Origin: an uncultured Acidobacteriota bacterium
GTDB lineage: Bacteria; Acidobacteriota; Vicinamibacteria; Vicinamibacterales; UBA2999
DNA: 64,000 bases
Assembly (NCBI GenBank): GCA_963834325.1
Contig: CAWIBL010000011.1
Span: 1,094,109 to 1,158,108, forward strand
Direction: 5' to 3'
In this document: positions 1-9,348 of the stretch, piece by piece
Numbering within the stretch: the stretch's first letter is position 1
Layout of the letters: each line of letters opens with the position of its first letter
Notes under the pieces: generated by a model
What the model was told of the DNA's origin: nothing
What the model saw: the letters and a program-made list of their open reading frames with translations, nothing else
Databases searched by the model: none
Program-made: the position numbers and the translations under genes

Positions 1-2506
1 CGCCGCCACCGCGTCCAGCATCAGGCCGAGCCGGGCGGATTCGTCCGTCGGCGGGGGGGCGGCGCGGACCAGCGGGGCGACGTGCTGGCGGGCCGCGGCG
101 AACCGCCCGTCGGTGACGGCCTGCAGCGCCCGCAGCACCATGACCCGGCGGGCCCGCGAGGGATAGGCGCCGGTGCCGGCGGCGATGCCGGCCTCCACCT
201 CGTCGAGCGGCGCCGAGGCTTCCGCACTGCGTCCCAGGCGGATGAGCACGTCGGCCAGGTTGGTGAGGTCGTAGGGCAGTGTCTCGGTGTCGCGCAGCGA
301 GCGCCGCAGCGCGATGGCCGCAGCCCGATGTTCCACCGCCGCCGGCAGCCGTCCCTGACTGAAGGCCATCGTGGCCAGCGAGCTCTGGGCCTGGGCGCGC
401 AACTCGTCGTTGTGACTCTCGTCGGCGAACGCGAGCACCTTCTCGAGCTGACCGCCCGCAGTGGAGTACTGGCGCAGCTCTTGATGAGCGCGCGCGGCGA
501 TGGTCAGGGCGACCGCCTCGAGCCGCCGGTGCCGGCTCTGCGCGTAGTAGCGCAGCGGCTCCTCGAGCAACGCCAGCGCCGCGGCGGGCTCGTTCCGGTC
601 CAACTCCAGCGCCGCCCGCTGGGTGCTGGCGCGCATCGCCGTGCGGGTCAGAGAACGCTCGTCGGCAATGGCCCGGGCCTGAACCAGGGCGGCCTCGGCC
701 TCGACGACCTTGCCGTTTGCCAGCAGCGTGCCGGCCATGTCGATGAGGCCCCCGGCGGCCGTGCCTTCCAGGCCCGCGGCCAGGGCCTGGTTGACGTAGG
801 TGCGGAGCGTGGCCAGACCCGCGGCGAACTGGCCCGCGCCGACCTGGGCGCTGCCGCTCTGGAAGCCGGCGCGAATCACCTGCGGCACGAGCCCGGCCTG
901 CTGGGCCAGGCGGCTGGCTTCTTCCGCGGCTTTCGCGGTGGCCTCGAAGTGCCCGACCGAGTCGAGCGCGGCGCCGCGCTCGAGCAGCGTCTCGACCCGC
1001 CCCTCGATGTTCGACGAAAGCGCGTAGAGGCGGTCGGCCTCGTCGAAGGCCGCGAGCGCCTCGGTCAGGTTGCCGCCCTCGCCGAGCACCGAGCCCAGGC
1101 GCAGGAAGCCCGACGCCAGCTGGCTGTTCAAGGCCGTGGCGCGCTCGTAGGTCCGGCGCGCGTCGGCGAGCCGTCCGGCCGCTTCCTGGGCCCGCCCGAG
1201 ATCGACGAGGTCCCCGGCGTCCTCCGGGTTGGCCGCTGCCAACTCGGTGTAGGCGCCGATGGCGCGGTCGAAGTCGCGCAGCACCATGGCCCGGATGGCC
1301 GCCAGGCGCAGCCGGTCGTCGGGAGCGAGGCGCGATTCATCGGGGACGAGCGCGCTCACGCGGATCAGCGCGCTCTGCGCTTCGCGTTCCTCGTCGAGCG
1401 CCGACAGCACTTCGGCCAGACGCGAGTGCGCGAGCGCGTAGTCGGGATGGAGCCGCACCGCTTCCTCGAGCGCCTTGCGTCCCGTGGCAAACGCGCCCTC
1501 GCGGATGGCCTCGATGCCGCTGTGTGTACCACTCCTGAGCGGCGAGCGGCGCCGGGGGCAGCTTGGAGCCCGGCGTACGCCACACGCCGCTGACGGCGCC
1601 GCCGATGAGCGCCGTCGCGACCAGCAGGGCGGCGGCAAAGGCCCAGCGGCGCAGTCTCGCCGGGCCCGCCGGCGCGTCGACGCGCAGCACCTGGAGGGCG
1701 CCGCATACTTCCGCCGCGGACTGGAAGCGGCGGACCGGCTCCTTGGCCAGCAGGCGGCGGCACACGTCGTCGAGGCCGGCGCTGATTGCCGAATTGACCC
1801 GCGACGGGGGCTCGGGCTCCAGGTGGAGCACCCGGTCCATGACCTGGTAGGGCGTGCCGCCGCGGAACGGATGGATGCCGGTCAGGCATTCGTAGAGCAC
1901 GACGCCCATCGAGAAGAGGTCGCTGCGCGCGTCGGCCAGGCGGCCCTGCAGCACTTCGGGCGCGATGTAGCCGGGCGTGCCCGAGATGGTGGCGGCTTCG
2001 ACCCCGGTGGTCAGGCCGGCGTCGCCGATCTGGTCCATGCGCGCGATGCCGAAGTCGAGCAGCTTGGCGATGCCGGTCTGGGTGATGACGACGTTGTGCG
2101 GCTTCAGGTCGCGATGAATCACGCCGTGTTCGTGCGCCGCCTTGAGCGCCTCGGCGATGCCGCCGACCAGATCGAGCGCCGGCCCAACGCCCATGGCGCC
2201 GCGTTCGAGGCGCTTGGCCAGCGTTTCCCCCTCCACGTACTGCATGACGATGAAGTCGCGGCCGTTCTCGTCGGTGCCCACTTCGTGGACCGCGCAGATG
2301 TTCGGGTGATCGAGCGCGGCGGCGGCCTGGGCCTCATGACGCAGCCGGCGGCGGGACTCGTCGCCCGTGCCGGTGTGGGTCAGGAACTTGATGGCGACCA
2401 GGCGGTTGAGTTCTTGGTCGTGCGCGAGGTAGACCTCGCCCATGCCGCCGGCGCCGAGGCGGCTGCGAAGCTCGTAGTGCGCGACCGTTCCCAGTGCTCC
2501 GGTCAT
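1..2506 (-). pseudogene. Hanks-type Ser/Thr protein kinase with one TM segment and a C-terminal TPR domain. The frame is broken once near 1515 and the 3' end runs off the window.
   Basis: ORF 1337..2620 carries GAGGMGEVY, VAIK, HRDLKPHNV, DFGIA and GTPGYIAPE. The likely ATG is at 2506 (MTGALGTVAHYEL). After AQEWYTQ the frame becomes Arg-rich nonsense. Skipping one base at ~1515 gives GIEAIREGAFATGRKALEEAVRLHPDYALAHSRLAEVL. My hand translation at 1380, 1320, 720 and 60 stays open and helical-repeat-like down to position 1. Confidence 0.85.
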
Positions 2507-2643
2507 TGCGGCCTGGCCGCGGCGGACGCGTGGAGGCGGCGCGTTCGCTGTGGTTGGCGCGAGTATACACACGAGATTGTGTGCAAGCTCTGGTGTTTCG
2601 TGAGCTGGCGGCCGCGCCAAACGAGCTCAAGGATGAGCCGGCG

Positions 2644-3141
2644 TCAGTCCAGGAAGACCGTGCGGATCGCCTGGTTCACGTCGCGCATGGCCGCGGTCAG
2701 CGCGGCGGCCGCGCGGCCCGGGCCGGAGGCGGGGTCACCCGCCGCGGCGACCACGTCGGCGACGCGCTCGGCCAGCGGCAGCGCCGGCCGGCGCCGCTCG
2801 CTGCGGGCCAGGAGGGTCTCCACCCGGTTCACGTGCGCGCGGGTGTGTGCGATCTGGGCCAGCGCGTCGGCCACGCTGATGGCGCCGCGTTCCGCCTTCT
2901 GCAGCAACCGGCACTCGAACGTCCGGCAACAGCGGGGCCGGTGCGTGTAGACGCCGCACCGGGTCCCGCGGAGCGCCGCGCAGGGCAACGAGAGCAGCTC
3001 GGCGTCGGCGTCGTCCCCGTCCACCGCCAGCCCCAGCGCCTCGAGCCGTGCCGCCTCCGCCGGTCCCGTCAACTCGACGTCGCCAAACAGCGTGCCGTCG
3101 CAGCACAAACCGCAGCGCGTGCACAGGACCTCGGTCAGCAT
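2644..3141 (-). CDS. YkgJ/UPF0153-type cysteine-cluster (putative Zn/Fe-S) protein
   Basis: ORF 2644..3177 has an internal ATG at 3141 (MLTEVLCTRCGLCCDG) that overlaps the stop of the upstream gene by 7 nt. It carries CxxCxxCC plus the CGVYTHRPRCCRTFEC motif. Confidence 0.7.
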   Translation of the reverse strand: MLTEVLCTRCGLCCDGTLFGDVELTGPAEAARLEALGLAVDGDDADAELLSLPCAALRGTRCGVYTHRPRCCRTFECRLLQKAERGAISVADALAQIAHTRAHVNRVETLLARSERRRPALPLAERVADVVAAAGDPASGPGRAAAALTAAMRDVNQAIRTVFLD

Positions 3142-3614
3142 GGTCCGTCGGTGGCGCGCCTGGTCACATCGACCCACGCCGCGCCGGTCAGCGCCGCCAG
3201 CCGTCCCGGCGTGATGCGCACGGCCGCATTGGTGGCCCCGGCCGCCGGCAGCACCTCGTCGAAGTCCTCGAGCGAGGCGTCGAGGTAGACGCGGAGCGGA
3301 CGGGGCAGTCCGAGCGGCGACACGCCGCCGACCGGATGGCCGGTCTCGGCCTCGACCTCCGCCGCGTCGAGCAGGCGCGGCTTGGTCTTGAACTGCGCCT
3401 TGAACTTCTGATTGTCGAGGCGCGCATCGCCGCGGGTCACGAGCAGCACCACCTCGTCGCCGAGGCGCAGCGATAGCGTCTTGGCGATGCGTCCGGGCTC
3501 GACGCCGTGCGCGTCGGCCGCCAGAGCCACGGTGGCGGTGCTGGCCGGGAGCTCGATCACGTGAATGTCGGGCGCATGCGCGGCCAGGAAGGTCTTGACG
3601 GATTGCAGGCTCAT
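3135..3614 (-). CDS. YbaK/EbsC-type aminoacyl-tRNA deacylase domain protein
   Basis: ATG at 3614 (MSLQSVKTFLAAHAPDIHVIELP). The segments GRIAKTLSL, VLLVTRGDARLD and GHPVGGVSPLG are typical of YbaK/ProX trans-editing domains. Confidence 0.75.
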   Translation of the reverse strand: MSLQSVKTFLAAHAPDIHVIELPASTATVALAADAHGVEPGRIAKTLSLRLGDEVVLLVTRGDARLDNQKFKAQFKTKPRLLDAAEVEAETGHPVGGVSPLGLPRPLRVYLDASLEDFDEVLPAAGATNAAVRITPGRLAALTGAAWVDVTRRATDGPC

Positions 3615-3639
3615 GGGGGCACGCGGAGATGCCGAGGGG

Positions 3640-4671
3640 TCACGCGATGTGCGCACCGCTGGTGTTCACGTAGACCGCGTAGAGCGACTGGCTGGCGGTC
3701 ATGAACAGACGATTGCGCCGGGCTCCGCCGAAGCAGACGTTGGCGCAGGTTTCCGGCAGGCGGATCATGCCGAGCAGTTCGCCGGTGGGCGCCAGCACCT
3801 GCACGCCCGGCCGGGCCCCCGCCCAGACGTTGCCGTCGACGTCGCAGCGGAGGCCGTCGGCGCCGCTCGGCGCGTTGGTGCCAGGAATCTGCAGCGTCGC
3901 GAACGTGCGGCCGTTGCGCAGCGCCGTTCCGTCGACGTCGAACACCCGGATGGCGCGGGGCCCGCCGGTATCGGCCACGTAGAGCTTCTTGTAGTCGGGC
4001 GAGAAGCAGAGACCATTGGGGCCGCCGAACTCGTCGCCCACCTTGTCGACCTGTCCGCTCCGGCCATCCACCCGGTAAACCGCGACGGGCAGCTCCGACT
4101 CGGACTTGACTCCCTCGTAGTTGCCGTTGATGCCGTACATCGGATCGGTGAACCAGATGTCGCCATCGGGGTGCACGACCACGTCGTTGGGCGAATTCAG
4201 CCGCTTGTTCTGATAGCGATCGGCCACGACCGACACGCCACCCCGCGGTTCGTAGCGCACCACGCGGCGGCCGCTGTGCTCGCACGACAACTGGCGCCCC
4301 TGGTCGTCGAACGTGTTGCCGTTGCTGTGGCCCGACGGCTGCCGGAAGGTCGCGACATGTCCGTCTTCGTCGAGCCATCGCAGCTGCGCGTTGTTGGGGA
4401 TGTCGCTCCACACGAGGTAGCGCCCGACGCCGTTCCAGGCGGGCCCCTCCGCCCACAGCGTGCCGGTGTGCAGACGCCGGATCGGCGTGTTGCGCACGAC
4501 ATAACGGTTGAAGCGCGGGTCGAGCGCCACGATGTCGGGATCCGGATAGGGCAGCGGATCGCCGGTCCAGACGCGCGGCGTCGGCACCGGCGACACCGGT
4601 GGCGTCTGCGCCCGGCTGGAGTTAACGACAGCCACGCCGCCCGCGACAGCGAGAAACGCTCGGCGGTTCAT
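3640..4671 (-). CDS. SMP-30/gluconolactonase/LRE-family beta-propeller hydrolase with a Tat-like signal
   Basis: 343-aa intact ORF. It starts MNRRAFLAVAGG and contains LWAEGPAWNGVGRYLVWSDIPNN, PNGLCFSPDYKKLYVADTG and CANVCFGGARRNRLFM. Confidence 0.85.
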   Translation of the reverse strand: MNRRAFLAVAGGVAVVNSSRAQTPPVSPVPTPRVWTGDPLPYPDPDIVALDPRFNRYVVRNTPIRRLHTGTLWAEGPAWNGVGRYLVWSDIPNNAQLRWLDEDGHVATFRQPSGHSNGNTFDDQGRQLSCEHSGRRVVRYEPRGGVSVVADRYQNKRLNSPNDVVVHPDGDIWFTDPMYGINGNYEGVKSESELPVAVYRVDGRSGQVDKVGDEFGGPNGLCFSPDYKKLYVADTGGPRAIRVFDVDGTALRNGRTFATLQIPGTNAPSGADGLRCDVDGNVWAGARPGVQVLAPTGELLGMIRLPETCANVCFGGARRNRLFMTASQSLYAVYVNTSGAHIA

Positions 4672-4874
4672 GGTCTTATTGCTCCTTCTGGTGACCCGGC
4701 GTTTCGTCGCCAGCCGTGCCGAGCGTGCGCGGGTTCTGGCGGGAACTCAGAGCGGCCGTGGCCGCCAGGATTCCGAGCACTACAGCGGCAATCGCGCGAC
4801 CAGGCATCGGCACTCTCCGGATCAGGCACCAGACCAACGCGGCAGACGGGCCGCCCGGCACTATACTGCGCCGC

Positions 4875-5291
4875 ATGCCGCAGCCCAACTCCCTGGTCGC
4901 GCGCACCGTGGTCTGGAGCAGCCTGGCCTTCCTCGCGGGCGCCGGCGCCGCCCGGGCGGACGTGACCCGGATCGCGATTACCAATCCGCACGGCGAGCAG
5001 CGCGTGCCGATGGCGACCTACACCGGCTGGAACTTCCGCGGCGCCGCCATCGGTGGGACCAGGCAACTGGTCAACCTGCTCGGGACGGCGCTTCCGCTGG
5101 CGTCGACCAAAGCGGAGCGGCACGCCGCGCACGATCCCCGGCTGTCGGTGGCGGAGCGCTACGCGTCGAAAAGCGCATACGCGGCCAGGCCTCAGCGGGG
5201 CGACGCCCTCGTCACTGGCGGCTATCTGCTGGGCAGCGACAAGCCCGGGGTGATGGCCAGGGTCGAGGCGCAGTGGAAGACGGCTCGATGA
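4875..5291 (+). CDS. Small secreted hypothetical protein. It resembles the C-terminal ~110 aa of larger secreted alpha/beta-hydrolase-domain proteins (from memory).
   Basis: ATG at 4875 (MPQPNSLVARTVVWSSLAFLAGAGAARA, signal-like). The motifs TYTGWNFRG, TKAERHAAHDPRLSVAERY and GYLLGSD are present. The upstream part of ORF 4716..5291 is non-protein-like. Confidence 0.45.
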   Translation: MPQPNSLVARTVVWSSLAFLAGAGAARADVTRIAITNPHGEQRVPMATYTGWNFRGAAIGGTRQLVNLLGTALPLASTKAERHAAHDPRLSVAERYASKSAYAARPQRGDALVTGGYLLGSDKPGVMARVEAQWKTAR

Positions 5292-5299
5292 GCCGAGCT

Positions 5300-6430
5300 T
5301 TACCGCCGGTCATCGATCTGCGCGATGGCCCACTGCACCGCGCGCCGCACGCCCGGGGAGCGGTCTTGCTTCGCGGCTTCCAGCGCCGGCAGCGCCGAGG
5401 CACTTTCGATTTCTCCCAGCGCCCAGGCGGCCACCGCCCGCACCTCGGCGTCGGCGTCGGCGAGTAACGGCGTCAGGCTGCGAACGGCGTCCACCGCTTC
5501 GATCTGGCCCAGCGCCCACGCGGCCATGCGCCGCACCCGCGCGTCGCCGTCCTTCACGAGCGGCGCCAGCACGTTCACCGCCGCCGGATCCTCGATCTCG
5601 CCGAGCGCCCACGCCGTGGTGAGTCGCGTCTCCCAATCCGCATCGCGCAGCGCCGCGCGCAGGATGGGCACGGCCGTGGCGCTCTCGATCGCCCCCAGGG
5701 CCCAGGCCGACATCCGTCGCACTTCGGGCGCCTGATCGCGCAGGGCGCGTTCCAGGTGGGGCAGCGCCGCCACGTCTTCGATCGACCCCAGCGCCCAGGT
5801 GGCGCGACGGCGCACCCGCATCGACTCGTCGCCCACGGCGCGGCCGAGGGCGGGAATCGCCGCCGTCATCTCGAGCGCACCCAGGGCCCACGCGGCCATG
5901 GCGCGCACCACCTCATCGCGGTCACCGAGACCCGTGGTCACCGTGCCGATGGATTTCGGATCCTCCAGTTCGCCGAGTCCCAGCATGCCGATCTCGCGGT
6001 AGCCGGCGGCCGCGTCCGTGGCCAGCGCCGCAAACTCCGCGGCCGCCCAGGCGGGCTGCTCGCGCGCCACGACGCGGGCCGCGATTCGCCGCACGCAGCG
6101 ATTCTGGTCGCGCAGCGCGCTGCGGAACACCGCGAGCACGCGCCCGTCCATCGCCTTCGACGTCATCCGCCCGAGCGTCGGCCCCGAGAGGTGCGCGCCG
6201 CGTCCGGCATGCGGCATGGGCATCGGCACCGGCATGGGCGCCGGCATCGGCTCGTCGCTGTCGCTGCCGTGCCAGCCGCCGAAGTTGGTGAGCGAGCGTC
6301 CGGCCAGCTCGCACACGGCCGGATCGGCGACGCGCAGGGACGTGAGCAGGCGCGTCATCGTCTCCGCGTCGAGCGTCTCGGCGGGCTGCGTGGCCAGCAT
6401 GGCAGCAAGTAGCAGAACGGTCATCGGCAT
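5300..6430 (-). CDS. HEAT-repeat (PBS-lyase-type) protein with an N-terminal signal
   Basis: 376-aa intact ORF with at least 7 repeats of the R(R/M)xAAWALGxIE type. It contains a Met/Pro-rich stretch, PMPAPMPVPMPMPH. AGGAG lies just upstream of the ATG at 6430. Confidence 0.85.
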   Translation of the reverse strand: MPMTVLLLAAMLATQPAETLDAETMTRLLTSLRVADPAVCELAGRSLTNFGGWHGSDSDEPMPAPMPVPMPMPHAGRGAHLSGPTLGRMTSKAMDGRVLAVFRSALRDQNRCVRRIAARVVAREQPAWAAAEFAALATDAAAGYREIGMLGLGELEDPKSIGTVTTGLGDRDEVVRAMAAWALGALEMTAAIPALGRAVGDESMRVRRRATWALGSIEDVAALPHLERALRDQAPEVRRMSAWALGAIESATAVPILRAALRDADWETRLTTAWALGEIEDPAAVNVLAPLVKDGDARVRRMAAWALGQIEAVDAVRSLTPLLADADAEVRAVAAWALGEIESASALPALEAAKQDRSPGVRRAVQWAIAQIDDRR

Positions 6431-6525
6431 CGCTCCTGGGTTCGAGGTAGCGATTGGACGTCTGGGGACGACGTTTCGTTGTCAACGGATCCTGCGTCAG
6501 GGCCGGATGTAGACTCCGAGGCGCC

Positions 6526-7416
6526 ATGCAGACACCCATCCTGCTCGTCCTCTTCTCAGTGGCGGCCGGCGCCGTGGTCTGGGCGCAAGCCCCGGTCACT
6601 GGCAAGCCGTCCGTGCCGACGCCGTCGCAGCGCATCGCCCTGGTCACCGGCTCCACCGACGGCCTGGGCCGCGAGGTGGCCCGGCGGCTGGCGGCCGGGG
6701 GCGCGCATGTCATCGTCCACGGCCGCAACGTCGAGCGCGGTCAGGCGGTGGTGAGCGAGATCGCCGCCGGCGGCAAGGGCTCGGCCCGGTTCTACCAGGC
6801 CGACTTCGCCTCGCTCGCCGAGGTGCGCCGCCTGGCCGACGAGATCCGCCGCGACTACCGCCGTCTCGACGTGCTCGTGAACAACGCCGGGGTCATCACC
6901 CCGGAGCGGGCGGTCAGCGCGGACGGCCACGAACTGCAGTTCGCCGTCAACTACCTGGCCGGCTACGAGATCACCTACGCGCTGTTGCCGCTCATCGCGC
7001 AGGGCCGCGCGCCCCGCATCGTCAACGTGTCGTCGCTGGCCGCCGCGCCGCTGGACTTCAGCGACGTCATGCTCACGCGCGGCTACTCGTCCAACCGCGC
7101 CTACGGGCAGAGCAAGCTCGCGCAGGTGATGTTCACGATCGACTTGGCGCAGGAGCTGAAGGGCCAGGGCATCGTGGTGCAGGCGCTGCATCCGGCCACC
7201 TACATGAACACGACGATGGTGGTTTCGGCCGGGATGACGCCCCGGAGCACCGTGGAGGAAGGCGCCGAGGCGGTGATGCATGCCGTCGCCACCGACGCGC
7301 CGAGCGGCAGCTACTTCGTGGGCCAGAAGGTGGGCACCCCGCATCGGCAGGCCGCCGACCCCGAGGCCCGCCGTCAGCTAGGCGAGCTGAGCCGGCGGCT
7401 GACGGGGCGGCAGTAG
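6526..7416 (+). CDS. SDR-family oxidoreductase with an N-terminal hydrophobic segment
   Basis: ATG at 6526 (MQTPILLVLFSVAAGAVVWA). It has the TGSTDGLG dinucleotide motif, NNAG, and the YGQSK catalytic Tyr/Lys. Confidence 0.9.
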   Translation: MQTPILLVLFSVAAGAVVWAQAPVTGKPSVPTPSQRIALVTGSTDGLGREVARRLAAGGAHVIVHGRNVERGQAVVSEIAAGGKGSARFYQADFASLAEVRRLADEIRRDYRRLDVLVNNAGVITPERAVSADGHELQFAVNYLAGYEITYALLPLIAQGRAPRIVNVSSLAAAPLDFSDVMLTRGYSSNRAYGQSKLAQVMFTIDLAQELKGQGIVVQALHPATYMNTTMVVSAGMTPRSTVEEGAEAVMHAVATDAPSGSYFVGQKVGTPHRQAADPEARRQLGELSRRLTGRQ

Positions 7417-7493
7417 CCCGGCCGACGCTCGCTCATGGCGCGGCGGGACCTGTGCGGAACATGCCGTAGACGCTCTACGTCTATCGGGTCACG

Positions 7494-8039
7494 ATGGCAC
7501 CGGCCAGCCCCGCCTCGCCTCGCGCAATGGTCAGGGCCGCCGCGGCCTCCTACCTGATCACCTTTGCGGCTGGCAGCTACGCCCTCGTCTACCGCGGCCG
7601 CGCGGGCGCCATCGCCGGCCTGATTGCGGCCGCCAGCTACGTTGCCGTCACGCTGCTCTTCTACGGCATCTTCAAGCCGGTCAGCCGGAACCTCTCGCTG
7701 CTCGCCGCGGGCGTGAGCTTCACCGGCATTGCCGTCGGGGCGCTCCGCGTCACCGCCGACAGCCCGCTGGTGTTCTTCGGCGTTTATTGCCTGCTCCTTG
7801 GTTACCTGATCCTCGAGTCGACGTTCCTCCCCAGATTCATCGGCGTCCTGCTGCTCGTCGCGGCGCTGGGGTGGCTGACGTTCCTCTCGCCCGCCCTGCG
7901 CGTCTCCTTGTATCCCTACAACCTGGCACCCGGCATCATCGGCGAAGGCGTGTTGACCTTGTGGCTGCTCCTGGCCGGCGTGGACGTGCCGCGATGGCAG
8001 GAACAGGCCCGCGCCGGGCGAGCCTCAGGAACCACGTGA
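7494..8039 (+). CDS. Polytopic membrane protein, DUF4386-like
   Basis: 181-aa intact ORF with 4-5 hydrophobic helices. The LLLGYLILESTFLPRFIGVLL segment matches my memory of DUF4386. Confidence 0.6.
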   Translation: MAPASPASPRAMVRAAAASYLITFAAGSYALVYRGRAGAIAGLIAAASYVAVTLLFYGIFKPVSRNLSLLAAGVSFTGIAVGALRVTADSPLVFFGVYCLLLGYLILESTFLPRFIGVLLLVAALGWLTFLSPALRVSLYPYNLAPGIIGEGVLTLWLLLAGVDVPRWQEQARAGRASGTT

Positions 8040-8070
8040 CGCGTGATCAGTCAGCGCACGACGCGACCTC

Positions 8071-8541
8071 TCAGTGCACGACGCGACGCGGCACCAGCGC
8101 CTTGACCGCCTCGTAGATCGCATCCGGCGACGCGTGCGCCAGGGCCTGCACGGTATCGGGATGCGCCGCCGGCGCGGTGGCGGCACTGCACACGGCCTGG
8201 CGCAGCAGGAACTTGTCGCGCTCCGCGGCCATCCAGCCGGCGGTGACGAAGCCAATCCAGAAGAAGGCGAGCGCGCCGGGCAGGTCGCCGGCGCCGATGG
8301 GCAGCGACGGCGTGTCCGTGCCGCCGAGCATCCAGGCGGTGGCCGCTGCCGTGGCGGCCGCAGTGGCCGCGGCCCTGCCGATACGGCCCAGGCGGCGCAG
8401 GCCCACCGCGCGCCGGGTGCGCCAGTCGAGGCTCGTGAGGGGCCGCCCCGGCTCGCGCTGCCGGGCCAGCCAGGCGCTGACCGCGCCGCCCGCCCCGCCC
8501 AGACACGCCGTCCAGATCCACGTGCTCACTGTCATGTCCAT
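8071..8541 (-). CDS. Hypothetical small membrane protein
   Basis: This is the C-terminal 156 codons of ORF 8071..9441, starting at the ATG at 8541 (MDMTVSTWIWTACLGGAGG). It has two or three hydrophobic segments. The remainder of that ORF is antisense to the sigma-factor gene. Confidence 0.45.
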   Translation of the reverse strand: MDMTVSTWIWTACLGGAGGAVSAWLARQREPGRPLTSLDWRTRRAVGLRRLGRIGRAAATAAATAAATAWMLGGTDTPSLPIGAGDLPGALAFFWIGFVTAGWMAAERDKFLLRQAVCSAATAPAAHPDTVQALAHASPDAIYEAVKALVPRRVVH

Positions 8542-8742
8542 GGCTGTTCGTCCCAGTCGGTTGCGGCGCCAGGCGCCGCCCCGTCGGTTGACCTCGTCTG
8601 CCTTGTCGGCGTTCCTAGGGAATAACGCCGCGGGGCCCGGATCTGTACGTGCAACCTGCGCCATTGGGACTTGCGTGCACCGCAGCGCAGGGAGAGAATC
8701 CAGGAAGCCAGCGGATCGGCACCGACGCCGGCGCGCACCACC

Positions 8743-9348
8743 ATGGAACCGCACCCCCGCGACGCGTCTCCGGGCGGCCCTCTGTCGAACCCGGTTTCCG
8801 AGGAGCTGCTGCGCCGCGCCCGCTCGGGCGACGAGGGCGCGCTCGATCAGTTGTTGGCGCGCTACCTGCCGCGGCTGCACCGCTGGGCCCACCGCCGCGT
8901 GCCCACCTGGGCGCGCAACGCCGCCGACACCGCCGACTACGTGCAGGACACGGTGCTCCACACCCTGCGCCACCTCGGCACCTTCCAGCCGCAGCGCGAG
9001 GGCGCGCTCCTCGGCTACCTGCGGCGGTCGCTCGTGAACCGCGTGCGCGACCAGTTCCGTTACGCCGCCCGGCATCCGGCGCCCGGGGAGCTGGACGAGG
9101 CGATGGCCGACGGCGGCCGCTCGCCGCTCGACCAGGCGATTGGGGCCGAGGATCGTGGGCGCTACCAGGCTGGCTTGAAGCGCCTGCGCCGGATCGATCG
9201 CCAGGCCATCGTGGCCAGCATCGAGCTTGGTTACAGCTACGAGCAGATCGCGTTGATGCTCGACAAGCCGTCGCCCGAGGCGGCGCGCCTGGCCGTGCGG
9301 CGGGCCCTCGTTCGGCTGGGCGAGGAGATGGCGCGTGGCGCGCGGTAG
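8743..9348 (+). CDS. ECF-type RNA polymerase sigma-70 family factor
   Basis: ATG at 8743 (MEPHPRD). Region 2 is like DYVQDTVLHTLRHLGTF. Region 4 HTH is like IELGYSYEQIALMLDKPSPEAARLAVRRAL. Confidence 0.9.
   Translation: MEPHPRDASPGGPLSNPVSEELLRRARSGDEGALDQLLARYLPRLHRWAHRRVPTWARNAADTADYVQDTVLHTLRHLGTFQPQREGALLGYLRRSLVNRVRDQFRYAARHPAPGELDEAMADGGRSPLDQAIGAEDRGRYQAGLKRLRRIDRQAIVASIELGYSYEQIALMLDKPSPEAARLAVRRALVRLGEEMARGAR

Noticed and set aside
82-1593. 503-aa plus-strand ORF
   Set aside because: It is antisense to the TPR domain of the kinase gene. Its Arg/Gly/Ala-rich composition is typical of shadow ORFs in high-GC DNA, and it has no recognisable motif.
8332-8373. Short nucleotide periodicity encoding AAATAAATAAATA
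   Set aside because: It lies inside the small membrane-protein ORF. It is an ordinary low-complexity Ala/Thr linker, not a tandem-repeat locus.
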